Below, piece after piece: positions 27,072 through 39,507 of a stretch of 64,000 nt of DNA. Position 1 is the first letter of the stretch; the number at the start of each line of letters is the position of its first letter. The translations under genes were made by a program, and so were the position numbers. Source of the stretch: an uncultured Bacilli bacterium (GTDB taxonomy: Bacteria > Bacillota_I > Bacilli_A > RF39 > UBA660); NCBI GenBank assembly GCA_934119965.1, contig CAKOTA010000006.1:3933-67932 (forward strand). Reading direction: 5' to 3'. The notes under the pieces are model-generated. The model did not search any database, had not been told where the DNA came from, and saw only the letters and a list, made by a program, of their open reading frames with translations.

Positions 27072-27566
27072 GTGTTCATAGTGGGGGAAAAAGAAATACA
27101 ATTAAAATTAAATGAATTATCAAAATTATTAAATAAAAAATATTTAAATGATAATACAAGTGAAAAATTAGAATATTTTATAAAAGATATGGATAATATT
27201 ATTAAACCAAAAGAAGAAAAGATAACATATCAAGATATTACTGATATGAGAGATATTTTTTATGAAATTAAAGAAGATAAGAAACTATATTCTTTAGCAA
27301 TTAAAAAGTATAAAAGTAGAATAATTGCTCTTGAATGTTTATTTTCAGAAGAATTAAACATAATTAAGTTATGTGAATTAATAAATGAAGAAAAAATTTG
27401 GGATAATCAAATTACCATTGAAATCAAATATAATTTGAATGTCGATGAACTAATTTATTTGAATTATTTATATAATGTTACAGTTAATTCATTTTTAGAA
27501 AATAAAGATGTTCAAATAACATTGGTAAAAAAAGAAAAAAATAACTCAAAGAAATTAATTAAATAG
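27072..27566 (+). CDS. Hypothetical protein inserted between nusG and rplK
   Basis: 164-aa ORF, Lys/Glu/Asn-rich, with no recognisable motif. Confidence 0.4.
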   Translation: MFIVGEKEIQLKLNELSKLLNKKYLNDNTSEKLEYFIKDMDNIIKPKEEKITYQDITDMRDIFYEIKEDKKLYSLAIKKYKSRIIALECLFSEELNIIKLCELINEEKIWDNQITIEIKYNLNVDELIYLNYLYNVTVNSFLENKDVQITLVKKEKNNSKKLIK

Positions 27567-27701
27567 TTTACAAAATAGATAAAATGTGTTATATTAAATT
27601 AGCTATATTTTAAATTAATATAGATGAAAGCGGGAGATATGAGTTAAAGCGGATATCATTTGGACCGCTCGCGAAAAAAAGTATAATAGGAGGTGTTTTT
27701 C

Positions 27702-28127
27702 GTGGCAAAAAATATTACAAGAGTTGTTAAGTTAGCAATCGCTGCAGGAAAAGCTACACCAGCTCCACCAGTTGGAACAGTTGTAGGACCATTAGGAATT
27801 AATATTCAAGAATTCTGTACAAAATACAACGATGCTACAAAAGATAAAATGGGAGATATATTACCAGTTGAATTAACTGTTTATGAAGACAGAACATTCG
27901 ATTTCGTAATTAAAACTCCACCAACATCTTTCTTAATTAAGAAAGTTACTGGAATTAAAAAAGGTGCAGTTAAAGGATCTAATGAAACAGTAGCAACTTT
28001 AACTAAAGACCAATTAAGAGAAATTGCAGAAATTAAATTACCAGACTTAAATGCTTATGATATTGAATCAGCTATGAAACAAGTAGCTGGAACAGCTCAA
28101 AATATGGGCGTTAAAGTAGAAGACTAA
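27702..28127 (+). CDS. rplK: 50S ribosomal protein L11
   Basis: The GTG at 27702 lies 8 nt after AGGAGG. VKLAIAAGKATPAPPVG is an L11 hallmark. Confidence 0.9.
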   Translation: MAKNITRVVKLAIAAGKATPAPPVGTVVGPLGINIQEFCTKYNDATKDKMGDILPVELTVYEDRTFDFVIKTPPTSFLIKKVTGIKKGAVKGSNETVATLTKDQLREIAEIKLPDLNAYDIESAMKQVAGTAQNMGVKVED

Positions 28128-28191
28128 TTCATATAGGTAAAACTATGTGGGAGGAATAAAATCCGCTATTAAACCACAAGGAGGTATAAAA

Positions 28192-28887
28192 ATGAAAAAA
28201 GGTAAAAAATATGTAGAAGCTTTATCAAAAATTGAAAAAGGTAAAGCATATACTAAAGAAGAAGCTATTGCTTTAGTAAAAGAAACATCAATATCTAGTT
28301 TTGATGCATCAGTTGAATTAGCTTTAAGATTAAATCTTGATACTAAAAAAGCTGATCAACAATTAAGAGGAGCTATTGTTCTTCCTAATGGAACTGGAAA
28401 AACTAAAAAAGTATTAGTTATAGCAAAAGGAGAAGCTGCTAAAGCTGCTAAAGAAGCTGGAGCTGATTATGTTGGAGATGTAGATATGATTGAAAAAATC
28501 GAAAAAGAAAATTGGTTCGATTTTGATACAATGATTGCTACTCCAGATATGATGCCTGCTTTAGGTAAAATAGGTAGAGTATTAGGACCAAAAGGATTAA
28601 TGCCAAATCCAAAAACTGGAACTGTAACAATGGATACTAAAACAGCAGTAGAAGATGTTAAAAAAGGTCGTGTTGAATATCGTACAGATAGTTATGGTAA
28701 TTTACACGTTATTATTGGTAAAGTATCATTTGATGCTGAAAAATTACTAGAAAACTTAAATGCCTTTGTATCATTAATAATTAAAACTAAACCATCAGTT
28801 GTTAAAGGTAAATACATTTTAAATGTAGCTGTATCTTCAACAATGGGCCCAGGAATTAAAATTGATACAAATAGCTTTGACATCTAA
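28192..28887 (+). CDS. rplA: 50S ribosomal protein L1
   Basis: The ATG at 28192 follows AAGGAGG. The L1 sequence begins [10 protein letters not shown]... Confidence 0.9.
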   Translation: MKKGKKYVEALSKIEKGKAYTKEEAIALVKETSISSFDASVELALRLNLDTKKADQQLRGAIVLPNGTGKTKKVLVIAKGEAAKAAKEAGADYVGDVDMIEKIEKENWFDFDTMIATPDMMPALGKIGRVLGPKGLMPNPKTGTVTMDTKTAVEDVKKGRVEYRTDSYGNLHVIIGKVSFDAEKLLENLNAFVSLIIKTKPSVVKGKYILNVAVSSTMGPGIKIDTNSFDI

Positions 28888-28904
28888 TTAAAGATGTGTT
28901 ATAA

Positions 28905-29040
28905 TTAGATTGTTCGTGAAAAAATATGTACCGTAGACAGTAGGAGCAAACAAGGCTTAATTACCTACCGAGGACTTTATAATAAAGATCTTTGGTCCCT
29001 TACTGTAATTAAGTAAGGGATTTTTTACGGAATAAAACTT
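28905..29040 (+). promoter_or_regulatory. Probable L10 (rplJ) leader with attenuator hairpin
   Basis: Structured leader ending in CCCTTACT/AGTAAGGG (28997-19) plus a T6 run, immediately before the rplJ RBS. The position matches the Firmicute L10 leader. Confidence 0.45.
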
Positions 29041-29055
29041 AAGGAGGTGCAACTA

Positions 29056-29547
29056 GTGGCAAATCAAAAAATAATTGAAATGAAAGAATCAGTTGTTAAT
29101 GAAATCGTTGACAAGATGCAAAACTCTTCTTCATATATTTTATTTGAATATCGTGGACTTACAGTTACTGAAACAAATGAATTAAGAAGAAAATTGAGAG
29201 AGTCTGGTTCAGAATTCAAAGTTTACAAAAACACTCTTACAAAAAGAGCATTAGAAAAAATGAACATCAATATCGATGAACATTTAAATGGACCTAAAGC
29301 TATTGCTTTTGGTACTGACGCAGTTGCTCCTGTTAAAGCACTAGCTGATTTCGCAAAAACACATAAAGCATTAGAAATCAAAGTTGGTGTAGTTGACGGG
29401 GCTGTCGCTGACGAAAAAATGTTAAACGAACTTGCTTCAATTCCATCAAGAGAAGGATTACTTACAATGCTTGCAGGTGGACTTATGGGAGTTGTTCGCG
29501 ACTTATCAATTTGCTTAGACTTATATAGTCAAGATTTAGAAAAATAA
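29056..29547 (+). CDS. rplJ: 50S ribosomal protein L10
   Basis: The GTG at 29056 lies 8 nt after AAGGAGG. L10 sequence and operon context. Confidence 0.9.
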   Translation: MANQKIIEMKESVVNEIVDKMQNSSSYILFEYRGLTVTETNELRRKLRESGSEFKVYKNTLTKRALEKMNINIDEHLNGPKAIAFGTDAVAPVKALADFAKTHKALEIKVGVVDGAVADEKMLNELASIPSREGLLTMLAGGLMGVVRDLSICLDLYSQDLEK

Positions 29548-29566
29548 TTAAAAGGAGGAATATAAA

Positions 29567-29935
29567 ATGGCAAAATTTACAAAAGATGAATTTATTAGTG
29601 GATTAAAAGAAATGACTATTCTTGAAGTTAAAGAATTAGTAGATGCAATGAAAGAAGAATTTGGTGTAGATCCAAGTGCAGTAGCTGTAGCTGCTCCAGT
29701 AGCAGGTGCTGCTGTTGAAGAAGGACCAAGCTCAGTTAATGTAGTATTAGCTAGTGCTGGTGCTAACAAACTTGCTGTTATCAAATTAATCAAAGAAATC
29801 ACTGGATTAGGATTAGGTGAATCTAAAGCAATCGCTGATAACGGTGGAGTTATTAAAGAAAACGTATCTACTGATGAAGCTAATGAAATGAAAGCTAAAT
29901 TCGAAGAAGCTGGAGCTACTATCGAATTAAAATAA
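29567..29935 (+). CDS. rplL: 50S ribosomal protein L7/L12
   Basis: Ala-rich hinge and a C-terminal domain ending ...EAGATIELK. Confidence 0.95.
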   Translation: MAKFTKDEFISGLKEMTILEVKELVDAMKEEFGVDPSAVAVAAPVAGAAVEEGPSSVNVVLASAGANKLAVIKLIKEITGLGLGESKAIADNGGVIKENVSTDEANEMKAKFEEAGATIELK

Positions 29936-30254
29936 TTTAATAGTTATGATGTTAGCCTGTACTTAAAAAACTAGTATGGGCTTTCGTCGTATTATAAATA
30001 AGACTTATTTTTATTGGATGCATCCCAATTTGTATCATACACAAAAATATAAGTTGATATTAATATAATTCATACAGACAGAAGAATCTTGAAATTGGCA
30101 AGAAAGAATGTTGTATAAATTATATTGATATTAAATTGTAAAAATGGTTTTAATACATTGACTTATTGATATAAATTTGTTAAAATCATATATTGACGTA
30201 TGCGCGATTTTTTGCGTATTGTTTTCCTAAAATTTAGTACATAGGGGTGAAATA

Positions 30255-33200
30255 GTGGCTTATAAAGTAAAAAAATTTGGAGACTATCGTGAAAGAAGAA
30301 GTTATGCAAAAACTAAAAATGCAATTGAATTAGAAAATTTATTGGAAATTCAAAAAAAATCATATGATGAATTTATGAAAAATGGTATCAAAGAAGTATT
30401 TGATGATATTTTTCCTGTAGAAAGTTTTACAGGTAATTTAACACTTGAATTTGGTAATTATTTCTTTGAAAAACCAAGATATTCAATTAAAGAATGTAAG
30501 GAAAGATATGCAACTTATGCAGCACCTTTAAAAGTAGAAGCTAGATTATTCAATCAAGAAACAGGCGAAGTAAAAGAACAAGAAATTTACTTAGGAGATA
30601 TGCCTGTTATGACTGAAAGTGGTACATTTATAATTAATGGGGCTGAAAGAGTTATCGTATCACAATTAGTAAGATCACCATCTGCTTATTATGGAAAAGA
30701 AATAGACAAAAATGGTAGATTGGTTATAACTAGTCAAATTATTCCAAACAGAGGTACTTGGCTAGAATATGAATTAGATGCTAGAGATGTAATCTACGTA
30801 AGAATTGATAGAACAAGAAAAGTTCCAGTTACTACATTACTTAGAGCAGTAGGACTATCAAATGATCAAGATATAGTTGATTTATTTGGGGAAAATGAAT
30901 ATTTAGAAAAAACAATTATAAAAGATACAAACAAAAATACAGATGAATCATTAATTGATATTCATTCTAAATTAAGACCAGGTGAACCATCTACATTAGA
31001 TAGTGCTAAAAACCAATTAATCACTAGATTCTTTGATGCATTTAGATATGATTTATCAAAAGTTGGTAGATATAAATTTAATAGAAAACTAAATGTTACA
31101 GATAGATTATTAGGTTTAACTTTAGCTGAAACAATTAAAGATGGCGATAAAGTATTCGAAAAAGGAACTAATGTTACAAAAGAAGTATTAGAAGAATTAA
31201 AACCAATTTTAGCTAATGGATATGGTATTAAAGAAGTTTTAATTAACAATGAATTAGACTCTTACAATAAAGTTCAAATAATCAAAGTTTATTCACCAAG
31301 AGATTCTAAAAAAATTATAAGTATTATTGGTAATGATCCTACAATTGAAGAAAAAAGATTAACAATATCTGATATTTATGCATCAGTATCTTATTATTTA
31401 AATTTATTGGAAGGTATTGGTTCATTTGATGAAATAGATCACTTATCAAATAGACGTGTTCGTCAAGTAGGTGAATTATTACAAAATCAATTTAGAATTG
31501 GTATTTCAAGAATTGAAAGAGTAATTAGAGATAGAATGAGTACTCAAGAAATAACTGAAGTTACTCCTAAAACTTTAATTAATATTAGACCACTTACTGC
31601 TTCAATTAAAGAATTCTTTGGTAGCAGTCAATTGTCTCAATTCATGGATCAAACAAACCCAATTGCTGAACTTTCAAATAAAAGAAGATTATCTTCTCTA
31701 GGACCTGGTGGTTTATCAAGAGATCGTGCTGGTATGGAAGTACGTGACGTTAATCCATCACACTATGGTAGATTATGTCCAGTTGAATCTCCAGAAGGAC
31801 CTAACATTGGGCTTATAACTTCTTTAGCAAGTTATGCAAGAATTAATGATTATGGATTTATAATGACTCCATATCGTAAAATAAAAGATAGAAAATTAAC
31901 AGATGAAGTTGTTTATATGACAGCTGATGAAGAATTAGAATATTATATTTCTCAAGCTGCTGTAGAAATTGATAAAGATGGTAGAATAGTATCTGATACA
32001 GTTCCAGTTAGATATCGTGGTGAGAATATGATGTTAGATGCTAACAAAGTTGATTATATGGATGTTTCTCCACAACAAGCAGTATCAATATCAACACAAG
32101 GTATTCCATTCTTGGAACACGATGATGGTAAGCGTGCTCTAATGGGTGCCAACATGCAACGTCAAGCAATCCCATTATTACAAGCAGAAGCTCCACTTGT
32201 AGGAACAGGTGTTGAAGGAGTAGCTGCTAAAGACTCTGGTGCAGTTGTAATTGCAAACGGAAATGGTGTAGTTGACTATGTAGATGCTAGAAAAATAATA
32301 GTTAAAACTTTAGGTGGTATGGATACATATTACTTAAATGGATATGAAAGAAGTAACGCTGGTACTTGTTATCATCAAGTTCCAATCGTAAGACTTGGTG
32401 ATGAAGTAAAAGCAGGACAAATAATAGCTGATGGACCATCAACTGAAAAAGGTGAAATGGCCTTAGGTAAAAATGTTACAGTAGCATTTATGAACTTTAA
32501 TGGTTATAACTACGAAGATGCTGTAATATTAAATGAAAGATTAGTAAAAGATGATGTATTTACATCAATTCATATAGAAGATTACCAAATCGAATGTCGT
32601 GATACTAAATTAGGGCCTGAAGAATTTACAAGAGATATTCCTAATATAAGTGAAGAAGCTCGTAAAAACTTGGACGAAAATGGTATTATTCGTATTGGTA
32701 CAGAAGTTAAAAATGATGATATTTTAGTAGGTAAAGTAACTCCTAAAGGAATGGCTGAACTTACTAGTGAAGAAAAATTATTACACGCTATATTTGGAGA
32801 AAAAACAAGAGAAGTTAGAGATACTTCACTTAGAGTTCCAAATGGTGGTGCTGGAATTGTTCACGATGTTAAAGTATTTACTAAAGAAGATTGTGATGAA
32901 TTACCAGCTGGTGTTTCTAAAATAGTTAGAGTTTATATTGCTCAAAAGAGAAAAATTACAGTTGGAGATAAGATGGCCGGACGTCACGGTAATAAAGGTG
33001 TTATCTCATTAGTATTACCTGAAGAAGATATGCCTTACTTACCAAACGGTGAACCAATTGACATCTTATTAAACCCACTTGGAGTTCCATCTCGTATGAA
33101 TTTGGGTCAAATCCTAGAAATGCATTTAGGTATGGCTGCTAAACAATTAGGAATTTATATGGCTACTCCAGTATTTGATGGTGCTACAAGAGGAGAAATT

Positions 33201-33842
33201 CTTGATGCATTAAAAGAAGCTGGATTAGAAGAAGATGGTAAGAGTTGGTTATATGATGGACGCACTGGTGAAAAATTTGATAACAGAATTTCTGTTGGTG
33301 TAATGTATATGATTAAACTTCACCATATGGTTGATGATAAATTACATGCTAGATCAACTGGTCCATACTCATTAGTAACACAACAACCACTTGGTGGTAA
33401 AGCACAATTTGGTGGACAAAGATTCGGAGAAATGGAAGTTTGGGCATTATATGCATATGGTGCTGCTCACGTACTACAAGAAATGATTACAATTAAATCT
33501 GATGATGTTGTAGGTCGTGTTAGAGTTTATGAAGCTTTAGTTAAAGGTACTCCAATTCCAGCATCTGGTATTCCAGAAAGCTTTAGAGTATTGACTAAAG
33601 AATTCCAAGCTTTAGGACTTGATATAACAGTTTTAAATAAAGAAGGAAACTTTGTTGACTTAAAAGAATTAGAAGCATCAGAAGAAGATTCTTACTTATC
33701 AACAGATGAATTTGAAACTACAGAAGATTTACCTGTAGATGATGAAATTGTTGAGGAAGAAGAAGACGAATTTGAAGATTTAGATGATATAGAAGATGCT
33801 CCAATTGAAGAATTGGAAGCTATGGAAGGGGCTGAAGATTAA
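30255..33842 (+). CDS. rpoB: RNA polymerase beta subunit (with an acidic C-terminal tail)
   Basis: Full-length RpoB motifs (e.g. [12 protein letters not shown]). GTG start. Confidence 0.97.
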   Translation: MAYKVKKFGDYRERRSYAKTKNAIELENLLEIQKKSYDEFMKNGIKEVFDDIFPVESFTGNLTLEFGNYFFEKPRYSIKECKERYATYAAPLKVEARLFNQETGEVKEQEIYLGDMPVMTESGTFIINGAERVIVSQLVRSPSAYYGKEIDKNGRLVITSQIIPNRGTWLEYELDARDVIYVRIDRTRKVPVTTLLRAVGLSNDQDIVDLFGENEYLEKTIIKDTNKNTDESLIDIHSKLRPGEPSTLDSAKNQLITRFFDAFRYDLSKVGRYKFNRKLNVTDRLLGLTLAETIKDGDKVFEKGTNVTKEVLEELKPILANGYGIKEVLINNELDSYNKVQIIKVYSPRDSKKIISIIGNDPTIEEKRLTISDIYASVSYYLNLLEGIGSFDEIDHLSNRRVRQVGELLQNQFRIGISRIERVIRDRMSTQEITEVTPKTLINIRPLTASIKEFFGSSQLSQFMDQTNPIAELSNKRRLSSLGPGGLSRDRAGMEVRDVNPSHYGRLCPVESPEGPNIGLITSLASYARINDYGFIMTPYRKIKDRKLTDEVVYMTADEELEYYISQAAVEIDKDGRIVSDTVPVRYRGENMMLDANKVDYMDVSPQQAVSISTQGIPFLEHDDGKRALMGANMQRQAIPLLQAEAPLVGTGVEGVAAKDSGAVVIANGNGVVDYVDARKIIVKTLGGMDTYYLNGYERSNAGTCYHQVPIVRLGDEVKAGQIIADGPSTEKGEMALGKNVTVAFMNFNGYNYEDAVILNERLVKDDVFTSIHIEDYQIECRDTKLGPEEFTRDIPNISEEARKNLDENGIIRIGTEVKNDDILVGKVTPKGMAELTSEEKLLHAIFGEKTREVRDTSLRVPNGGAGIVHDVKVFTKEDCDELPAGVSKIVRVYIAQKRKITVGDKMAGRHGNKGVISLVLPEEDMPYLPNGEPIDILLNPLGVPSRMNLGQILEMHLGMAAKQLGIYMATPVFDGATRGEILDALKEAGLEEDGKSWLYDGRTGEKFDNRISVGVMYMIKLHHMVDDKLHARSTGPYSLVTQQPLGGKAQFGGQRFGEMEVWALYAYGAAHVLQEMITIKSDDVVGRVRVYEALVKGTPIPASGIPESFRVLTKEFQALGLDITVLNKEGNFVDLKELEASEEDSYLSTDEFETTEDLPVDDEIVEEEEDEFEDLDDIEDAPIEELEAMEGAED

Positions 33843-36800
33843 TGGATGTTAATAATTTTGAAGGATTAAAAATATCAATTGCCTCTCCTGAAAGAATTAG
33901 ATCTTGGTCTTATGGAGAAGTAAAAAAAGCAGAAACAATAAACTATCGTACTTTAAAACCTGAAAGAGATGGTTTATTCTGTGAAAAAATATTTGGGCCA
34001 ACTAAAGATTTTGAATGTAGTTGTGGTAAATATAAAAGATTAAGATATAAAAATATTGTTTGTGATAGATGTGGTGTTGAAGTAACAAGAAGCAAAGTTC
34101 GTCGTGAACGTATGGGTCACATCGAACTTGCTACACCAGTTTCACATATTTGGTTCTTTAAAGGTGTACCTTCGAGAATGGGATTAGTTCTTGATATGTC
34201 ACCAAGAGAACTAGAAGAAGTTTTATACTTTGTTTCTTATGTTGTTTTAGATCCAGGTAGTGCACCATTAGAGAAAAAACAAACAATAAGTGATAAAGAA
34301 TATAGAGCATATTATGAAAAATATGGAAATAGTTTCAGAGTAGGAATGGGTGCTGAAGCTATTAAAGAATTACTTACTCAAGTTAATTTAGAAGAAGAAG
34401 TTGCTAAAATAAATAAAGAAATAGCAGAAATTAAAGATCCTGCTAGTCAAAAAAGAGTAAGATTAGTTAAGAGATTAGATGTATTAGATGCATTATTAGA
34501 ATCAGGAAATAGACCTGAGTGGATGATACTAGATGCTCTTCCAGTTATTCCACCAGAACTTAGACCAATGATTCAATTAGATGGTGGTAGATTTGCAACA
34601 TCTGATTTAAATGATTTATATAGACGTGTTATCAACAGAAATAATCGTTTAAAAAAATTAATGGAATTAGGTGCACCATCAATAATTATTCAAAATGAAA
34701 AACGTATGCTTCAAGAAGCCGTAGATGCTTTATTTGATAATGGTAGACGTGGAAGAAATATCACAGGAGCAGGAAATAGACCTTTAAAATCTTTATCTAG
34801 TATGTTAAAAGGTAAACAAGGTAGATTCCGTCAAAACTTACTTGGTAAACGTGTTGACTATAGTGGTCGTTCAGTTATCGTTGTAGGTCCAACTCTAAAA
34901 ATGTATGAATGTGGTATTCCAAAAGAAATGGCTCTTGAATTATTTAAACCTTATGTTATTAATGGGCTAGTTTCTAAAGAAATAGCAACTAATATTAAAG
35001 CTGCTAAAAGAATGATTGAAAATCAAGATCCTAGAGTATGGGATATTGTTGAAGAAAAAATAAAAGAACATCCAGTTATGTTAAACCGTGCTCCAACATT
35101 ACATAGATTAGGTATTCAAGCATTTGAACCTAAATTAATTGATGGTAGAGCAATAAGACTTCATCCACTTGTTTGTGCAGCATTTAATGCCGACTTCGAT
35201 GGAGATCAAATGGCTGTTCACGTACCTATTAGTAAAGAAGCTCAAGCAGAAGCAAGAATTCTTATGTTAGGTGCTAACAACATCTTAAAACCATCAGATG
35301 GTAATCCAATTGTTACTCCAGGTCAAGATATGATTTTAGGTAACTATTATATTACTATTGAAAAAGCAGGAGAAGTAGGAGAAGGTAGAGTATTTAAAGA
35401 TCCTAATGAAGCATTAATGGCTTATGAAAGAAGAGAAATTACTCAACATACAAGAATTGCTATACCTGCAAAATCATTTAAACATAAGTTATTTACTGAA
35501 GAACAATGTAAAAAATATTTAGTTACTACAGTAGGTAAATTAAAATTTAATGAAATATTCCCAGACAGTTTCCAATATATTAATGAAGGTACTGATGAAA
35601 ATATTACTGGTATTACTCCAAGTAAGTATTTCTTACCAATGGGAACAAATATAAAAGAAGCAATTAGTGAAATGGAATTAGTTAAACCTTTTGGTAAAAA
35701 AGTATTAACTAAATTAATTGCTCAAATTTATAAAAGATATCATACAACTGAAACTTCAATTATGCTTGATAAGATGAAAGATTTAGGATTTAAAGAATCT
35801 ACATTATCAGGTATATCAATTGGTATTGGAGATATTATTCCATCACAAGATAAAGAACAAATTTTAAATAGTGCTTCTGATAAAGTTGCACAAATTAATA
35901 AACAATTTAAACGTGGTCTTATTACTGATAGAGAAAGATATGAAAAAGTTGTTAGTACATGGAATGATGCTAAAAATCAAATTGCTGATGAACTTTCAAA
36001 TATTGTTAAAGAAAATAAAGATAATCCGATTTCAATTATGATTGATTCAGGTGCTCGTGGTAATATGAGTAACTACAACCAAATGGCAGGTATGCGTGGA
36101 TTAATGTCTAAACCAACTGGTGAGCCAGACGAAATCCCAATCAAATCTTCATTTATGGATGGTGCTAGTGTATCTGAATTCTTTACAGGTACCCATGCCA
36201 TCAGAAAAGGTTTCGTTGATACAGCCTTAAAAACTGCCGATGCTGGATATTTAACTCGTCGTTTAGTTGATGTATCACAAGATATTATTGTTAAATATGA
36301 AGATTGTGGTACTGATGAAGGTGTTGTAGTTGAAACATTCTATAATACAGATGGTACAGTTATCGAATCATTAAGAGATAGAATTGTTGGTAGATATACT
36401 AATAAAAAAGTTATCAATCCAGAAACAAAAGAAACAATTATTGATAAAAATGAATATATTACAGAAGCTATTGCTGATAAGATAATAGATGCTGGAATAA
36501 CAAAAGTATCAATCAGAACACTACTTACTTGTAAGAGTGAAAATGGTGTTTGTAGACATTGTTACGGTCGTAATTTAGCAACTGGTTCAATTGTTGAATT
36601 AGGTGAAGCTGTAGGTATTATGGCTGCTCAATCAATTGGTGAACCAGGTACCCAACTTACAATGCGTACAATTAACTCAGGTGGTGTTGCTGGAGACGAT
36701 ATTACACAAGGTTTACCTCGTGTTCAAGAGTTATTTGAAGCAAGAAATCCAAAAGGAAAAGCTACTATATCTGAAATAAATGGTATTGTATCTGAAATAG

Positions 36801-37474
36801 TTGAAGAAAATGGTAAATTCATTATCAGTGTTAAAAATGATGTTGAAGTTAAACAACATACTTCAAATTATGGTGCTAAATTAGCTGTTAACAAAGGTGA
36901 TGAAGTTAAATCAGGACAAAGACTTACTCATGGTGCTATTAGTCCAAAAGAGTTATTAGTAGTGACAGATCCAATCACAGTTCAACAATATATTTTATCT
37001 GAAATTCAAAAAGTTTATCGTTCTCAAGGTGTTGATATTTCTGATAAACACGTTGAGGTTATTGCTAAACGTATGATTTCTAAGATTAAGATTGTAACTA
37101 GTGGTGATTCTGAGTTCTTAATAGGAACAATGGTTAATATAAATCATTTTAGAGAAGTTAATAAAGAATTGATTCTAAACGGAAAAGTACCTGCTACAGG
37201 TAAACCAGTACTTCTAGGTATAACTAAAGCTTCACTTGAAACTGATTCATTCTTATCTGCTGCATCATTCCAAGAAACTACAAGAATCTTAACTGATGCT
37301 GCAATTCATGGTAAAGTAGATCATTTAAATGGTCTAAAAGAAAACGTTATTATTGGTAAACTTATTCCAGCTGGAACAGGTGCTAGAGAATATCGTGATT
37401 GTACTTATGAATTAGAGAAAAGTATGATAGATAGTGAACCATTAGAAGTATTAGAAGAAGAATTGATGAACTAA
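33842..37474 (+). CDS. rpoC: RNA polymerase beta' subunit
   Basis: NADFDGD catalytic motif and a zinc-binding CxC...CxxC N-terminus. Confidence 0.97.
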   Translation: MDVNNFEGLKISIASPERIRSWSYGEVKKAETINYRTLKPERDGLFCEKIFGPTKDFECSCGKYKRLRYKNIVCDRCGVEVTRSKVRRERMGHIELATPVSHIWFFKGVPSRMGLVLDMSPRELEEVLYFVSYVVLDPGSAPLEKKQTISDKEYRAYYEKYGNSFRVGMGAEAIKELLTQVNLEEEVAKINKEIAEIKDPASQKRVRLVKRLDVLDALLESGNRPEWMILDALPVIPPELRPMIQLDGGRFATSDLNDLYRRVINRNNRLKKLMELGAPSIIIQNEKRMLQEAVDALFDNGRRGRNITGAGNRPLKSLSSMLKGKQGRFRQNLLGKRVDYSGRSVIVVGPTLKMYECGIPKEMALELFKPYVINGLVSKEIATNIKAAKRMIENQDPRVWDIVEEKIKEHPVMLNRAPTLHRLGIQAFEPKLIDGRAIRLHPLVCAAFNADFDGDQMAVHVPISKEAQAEARILMLGANNILKPSDGNPIVTPGQDMILGNYYITIEKAGEVGEGRVFKDPNEALMAYERREITQHTRIAIPAKSFKHKLFTEEQCKKYLVTTVGKLKFNEIFPDSFQYINEGTDENITGITPSKYFLPMGTNIKEAISEMELVKPFGKKVLTKLIAQIYKRYHTTETSIMLDKMKDLGFKESTLSGISIGIGDIIPSQDKEQILNSASDKVAQINKQFKRGLITDRERYEKVVSTWNDAKNQIADELSNIVKENKDNPISIMIDSGARGNMSNYNQMAGMRGLMSKPTGEPDEIPIKSSFMDGASVSEFFTGTHAIRKGFVDTALKTADAGYLTRRLVDVSQDIIVKYEDCGTDEGVVVETFYNTDGTVIESLRDRIVGRYTNKKVINPETKETIIDKNEYITEAIADKIIDAGITKVSIRTLLTCKSENGVCRHCYGRNLATGSIVELGEAVGIMAAQSIGEPGTQLTMRTINSGGVAGDDITQGLPRVQELFEARNPKGKATISEINGIVSEIVEENGKFIISVKNDVEVKQHTSNYGAKLAVNKGDEVKSGQRLTHGAISPKELLVVTDPITVQQYILSEIQKVYRSQGVDISDKHVEVIAKRMISKIKIVTSGDSEFLIGTMVNINHFREVNKELILNGKVPATGKPVLLGITKASLETDSFLSAASFQETTRILTDAAIHGKVDHLNGLKENVIIGKLIPAGTGAREYRDCTYELEKSMIDSEPLEVLEEELMN

Positions 37475-37496
37475 GAGAGTTTTAAACTCTCTTTTT
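37474..37496 (+). terminator. Intrinsic terminator after rpoC
   Basis: AGAGAG/CTCTCT stem followed by a T run. Confidence 0.6.
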
Positions 37497-37498
37497 AA

Positions 37499-37527
37499 TT
37501 GACATTTTGTGTAAAAATTACTATAAT
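37499..37527 (+). promoter_or_regulatory. Sigma-A-type promoter
   Basis: TTGACA (37499-37504), a 17-nt spacer, then TATAAT (37522-37527). Confidence 0.6.
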
Positions 37528-37549
37528 TAAATGTGAAACGGGTGAAAAA

Positions 37550-38209
37550 ATGGACAATAGATATATTAATCAAATTGAAGTTTTAGTTAATTTATTTACA
37601 ATTTCTAAAGGAAAATTAAATGTTCTCTTATTTAGAAAAGAAGAAGAACCATTCAAGGGATATTGGATGCTTCCAAGTAATCTACTTATGACTACAGAGA
37701 CAATTGAAGAATGCGCTAAATACACAATTAATGAGATGGCAGGCATAGATAATATATATTTAAAACAATGCAATGTTTTTAGTAAAATAGATAGACTTCC
37801 TAATGATAGAATATTAGGTAATTCTTTAATTGGGTTAGTTGATAATCAAACACTGTTATTAAAAAAACACAAAAGAAATTTTGAATCAGCTTGGTTTCCA
37901 ATAAATGAGCTACCAAAGATGGTATATGATCATGGCGATATTCTAAAAGATACTATCCATTATTTAAGAAAAGAATTAACAAATGTCGAATTATTAAAAA
38001 AACTATTTCCAAGTGATTTTACAATGCCTGAATTACAAGCGATATTTGAAGAGATACTTGCTAAAAAATTAGACAGAAGAAATTTTAGAAAAAAATTGAT
38101 TAATTTAGATATTTTAGAAGATACTGGCGATAAAAATAATATTAAAAATGGTAGACCAGCAAAATTATATAGATTTAAAGAATTAGAAAGTAATATAGAT
38201 ATATTTTAG
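37550..38209 (+). CDS. NUDIX-domain protein with C-terminal winged-helix (NrtR-like)
   Basis: NUDIX-fold N-terminus (...GYWMLPSNLL...EECAKYTINEMAGI) and a basic C-terminal ~80 aa resembling the NrtR DNA-binding domain. The ATG at 37550 follows GGTGA. Confidence 0.5.
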   Translation: MDNRYINQIEVLVNLFTISKGKLNVLLFRKEEEPFKGYWMLPSNLLMTTETIEECAKYTINEMAGIDNIYLKQCNVFSKIDRLPNDRILGNSLIGLVDNQTLLLKKHKRNFESAWFPINELPKMVYDHGDILKDTIHYLRKELTNVELLKKLFPSDFTMPELQAIFEEILAKKLDRRNFRKKLINLDILEDTGDKNNIKNGRPAKLYRFKELESNIDIF

Positions 38210-38218
38210 AGGTGAAAT

Positions 38219-38641
38219 ATGAAAAGATTAGATAATAAAGGGTGGGGGTTAAATGAATTTTTAATGTTTATTTTAGCTTTTTTTATTTGCTTAGTTATTG
38301 TAATAGTTTTATGTAATCAATTGATGAATAAGGAAAATAAAACGCCAATTGTTGACCCTATAATTTCTGGAGATAAAACTGACATTGGAGACTATATTGA
38401 ATTGGAAGATAGAATAACTGAACAGGCAAAGTTATATAATAATAGTGAAACAGAAGATACTGTTATAATAAAATTAAATAATTTAGTAAAAAATGGATAT
38501 ATTAAAAAAGTAGTTGATCCTAAAAACAATAAAGAATGTAGTGGTTATGTTGTTTATAATGGACAAAATAAAGAATATAAAACTTATTTGAGTTGTCCTG
38601 GAAATTATCAAACTAGTGATTACAATAAAGATTTGGAATAA
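38219..38641 (+). CDS. Pseudopilin-like protein with a prepilin-type N-terminus
   Basis: MKRLDNKG-WGLNEFLMFILAFFICLVIV fits G|xxxxE followed by a hydrophobic helix. Confidence 0.4.
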   Translation: MKRLDNKGWGLNEFLMFILAFFICLVIVIVLCNQLMNKENKTPIVDPIISGDKTDIGDYIELEDRITEQAKLYNNSETEDTVIIKLNNLVKNGYIKKVVDPKNNKECSGYVVYNGQNKEYKTYLSCPGNYQTSDYNKDLE

Positions 38642-38703
38642 TTGTTTAATAAAACACCTTGACATTATTATGATTATAATGTAAAATTATAATCGTAGTG
38701 TTT

Positions 38704-38794
38704 GGAGTAGTACTCAAGAGGCTGAAGAGGCGCCCCTGCTAAGGGTGTAGGTCGGGCAACTGGCGCGGAGGTTCAAATCCTCTCTACTCCGCCA
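38704..38794 (+). tRNA. tRNA-Ser (anticodon GCU)
   Basis: Acceptor GGAGTAG/CTACTCC, anticodon loop CT-GCT-AA, long variable arm, T loop TTCAAAT, encoded CCA. Confidence 0.85.
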
Positions 38795-38859
38795 TTTAGA
38801 ATTTAAACCTTGTAAAAGGTTTTTTCTTTTGTTATAATAGCAGTCAAGTAGGTGATTCT

Positions 38860-39456
38860 ATGTCAAAATTAAGTAATGCTATTACAATGATTGAATTATT
38901 GAATAGTGGGAAAAAGTATAGTATTGATGAGTTATCTAATATTTTAGAAGTAACTCCTCGTATGGTAAGAATATATAAAGAAGAAATAGAAAAATCAGGA
39001 ATATATATTGATACAATAAGAGGCCCATATGGTGGTTATGTTTTAAATAAAAGTATAAGAATTCCTACTAGAAAATTTAATTCAAATGATGTAAAATTAC
39101 TATCCAATTTAATAGAAAAAACAAAAGATATAGATGAGCAAAAAAAATTAGAAATATTAAAAGATAAAATTAGAGGAATTTACCAAGGAAGTAAAGTAGA
39201 ACAAAAAGAATCAAACGTTTTAAATAATGAAAAATATAATGTATTAAGTAGAGCTATAAAACAAAGAAAAAAAGTTGAGATATTGTATTATTCATATAAT
39301 AAAGGTGAAAATACAAGAATTATCCATCCATATGATATGTTTTTAACTGAAAGAGGATGGGGATGTGCTGCATATTGTGAAAAAAGAAAAGATATGCGTC
39401 ATTTCGAATTAGATCGAATAAGAAAAATTAAATTGTTAGATAAATTTTATGAATGA
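38860..39456 (+). CDS. HTH (HTH_11-like) + WYL domain transcriptional regulator
   Basis: N-terminal YSIDELSNILEVTPRMVRIYKEEIEKSGIYIDTIRGPYGGYVL. The C-terminal WYL-like segment reads EILYYSYNKGENTRIIHPYDMFLTERGWGCAAYC. No WCX-like tail. Confidence 0.6.
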   Translation: MSKLSNAITMIELLNSGKKYSIDELSNILEVTPRMVRIYKEEIEKSGIYIDTIRGPYGGYVLNKSIRIPTRKFNSNDVKLLSNLIEKTKDIDEQKKLEILKDKIRGIYQGSKVEQKESNVLNNEKYNVLSRAIKQRKKVEILYYSYNKGENTRIIHPYDMFLTERGWGCAAYCEKRKDMRHFELDRIRKIKLLDKFYE

Positions 39457-39507
39457 GACCGTATATTACCTCTTTAAGTATTATTATGTATTTAAGGAGG
39501 TTTTATT

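Noticed and set aside
29548-29802. Antisense ORF opposite rplL. Similar cases are 3976-4227, 5652-5894, 6571-6945, 7112-7348, 9696-9893, 10752-10934, 13195-13542, 17017-17208, 18052-18267, 19403-19606, 19983-20171, 21062-22708 (three ORFs), 24378-24632, 25823-26095, 28692-28883, 30962-31249, 37570-37773, 38483-38665, 39768-40037, 40408-40650, 44940-45242, 45858-46106, 47073-47441, 48825-49100, 51736-51921, 52927-53169, 53441-53831 and 59123-59365.
   Set aside because: These are shadow ORFs fully embedded in or overlapping well-supported genes. They have low-complexity Ser/Ile/Phe/Asn-rich translations typical of the reverse frame, no RBS, and no motif.
33690-33842. The highly acidic C-terminal tail of RpoB and the poly-Asp linker of FtsZ (about 49800-49830) might be unusual repeats.
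   Set aside because: These are in-frame low-complexity acidic tails inside otherwise canonical proteins. They are common lineage-specific decorations and not independent features.
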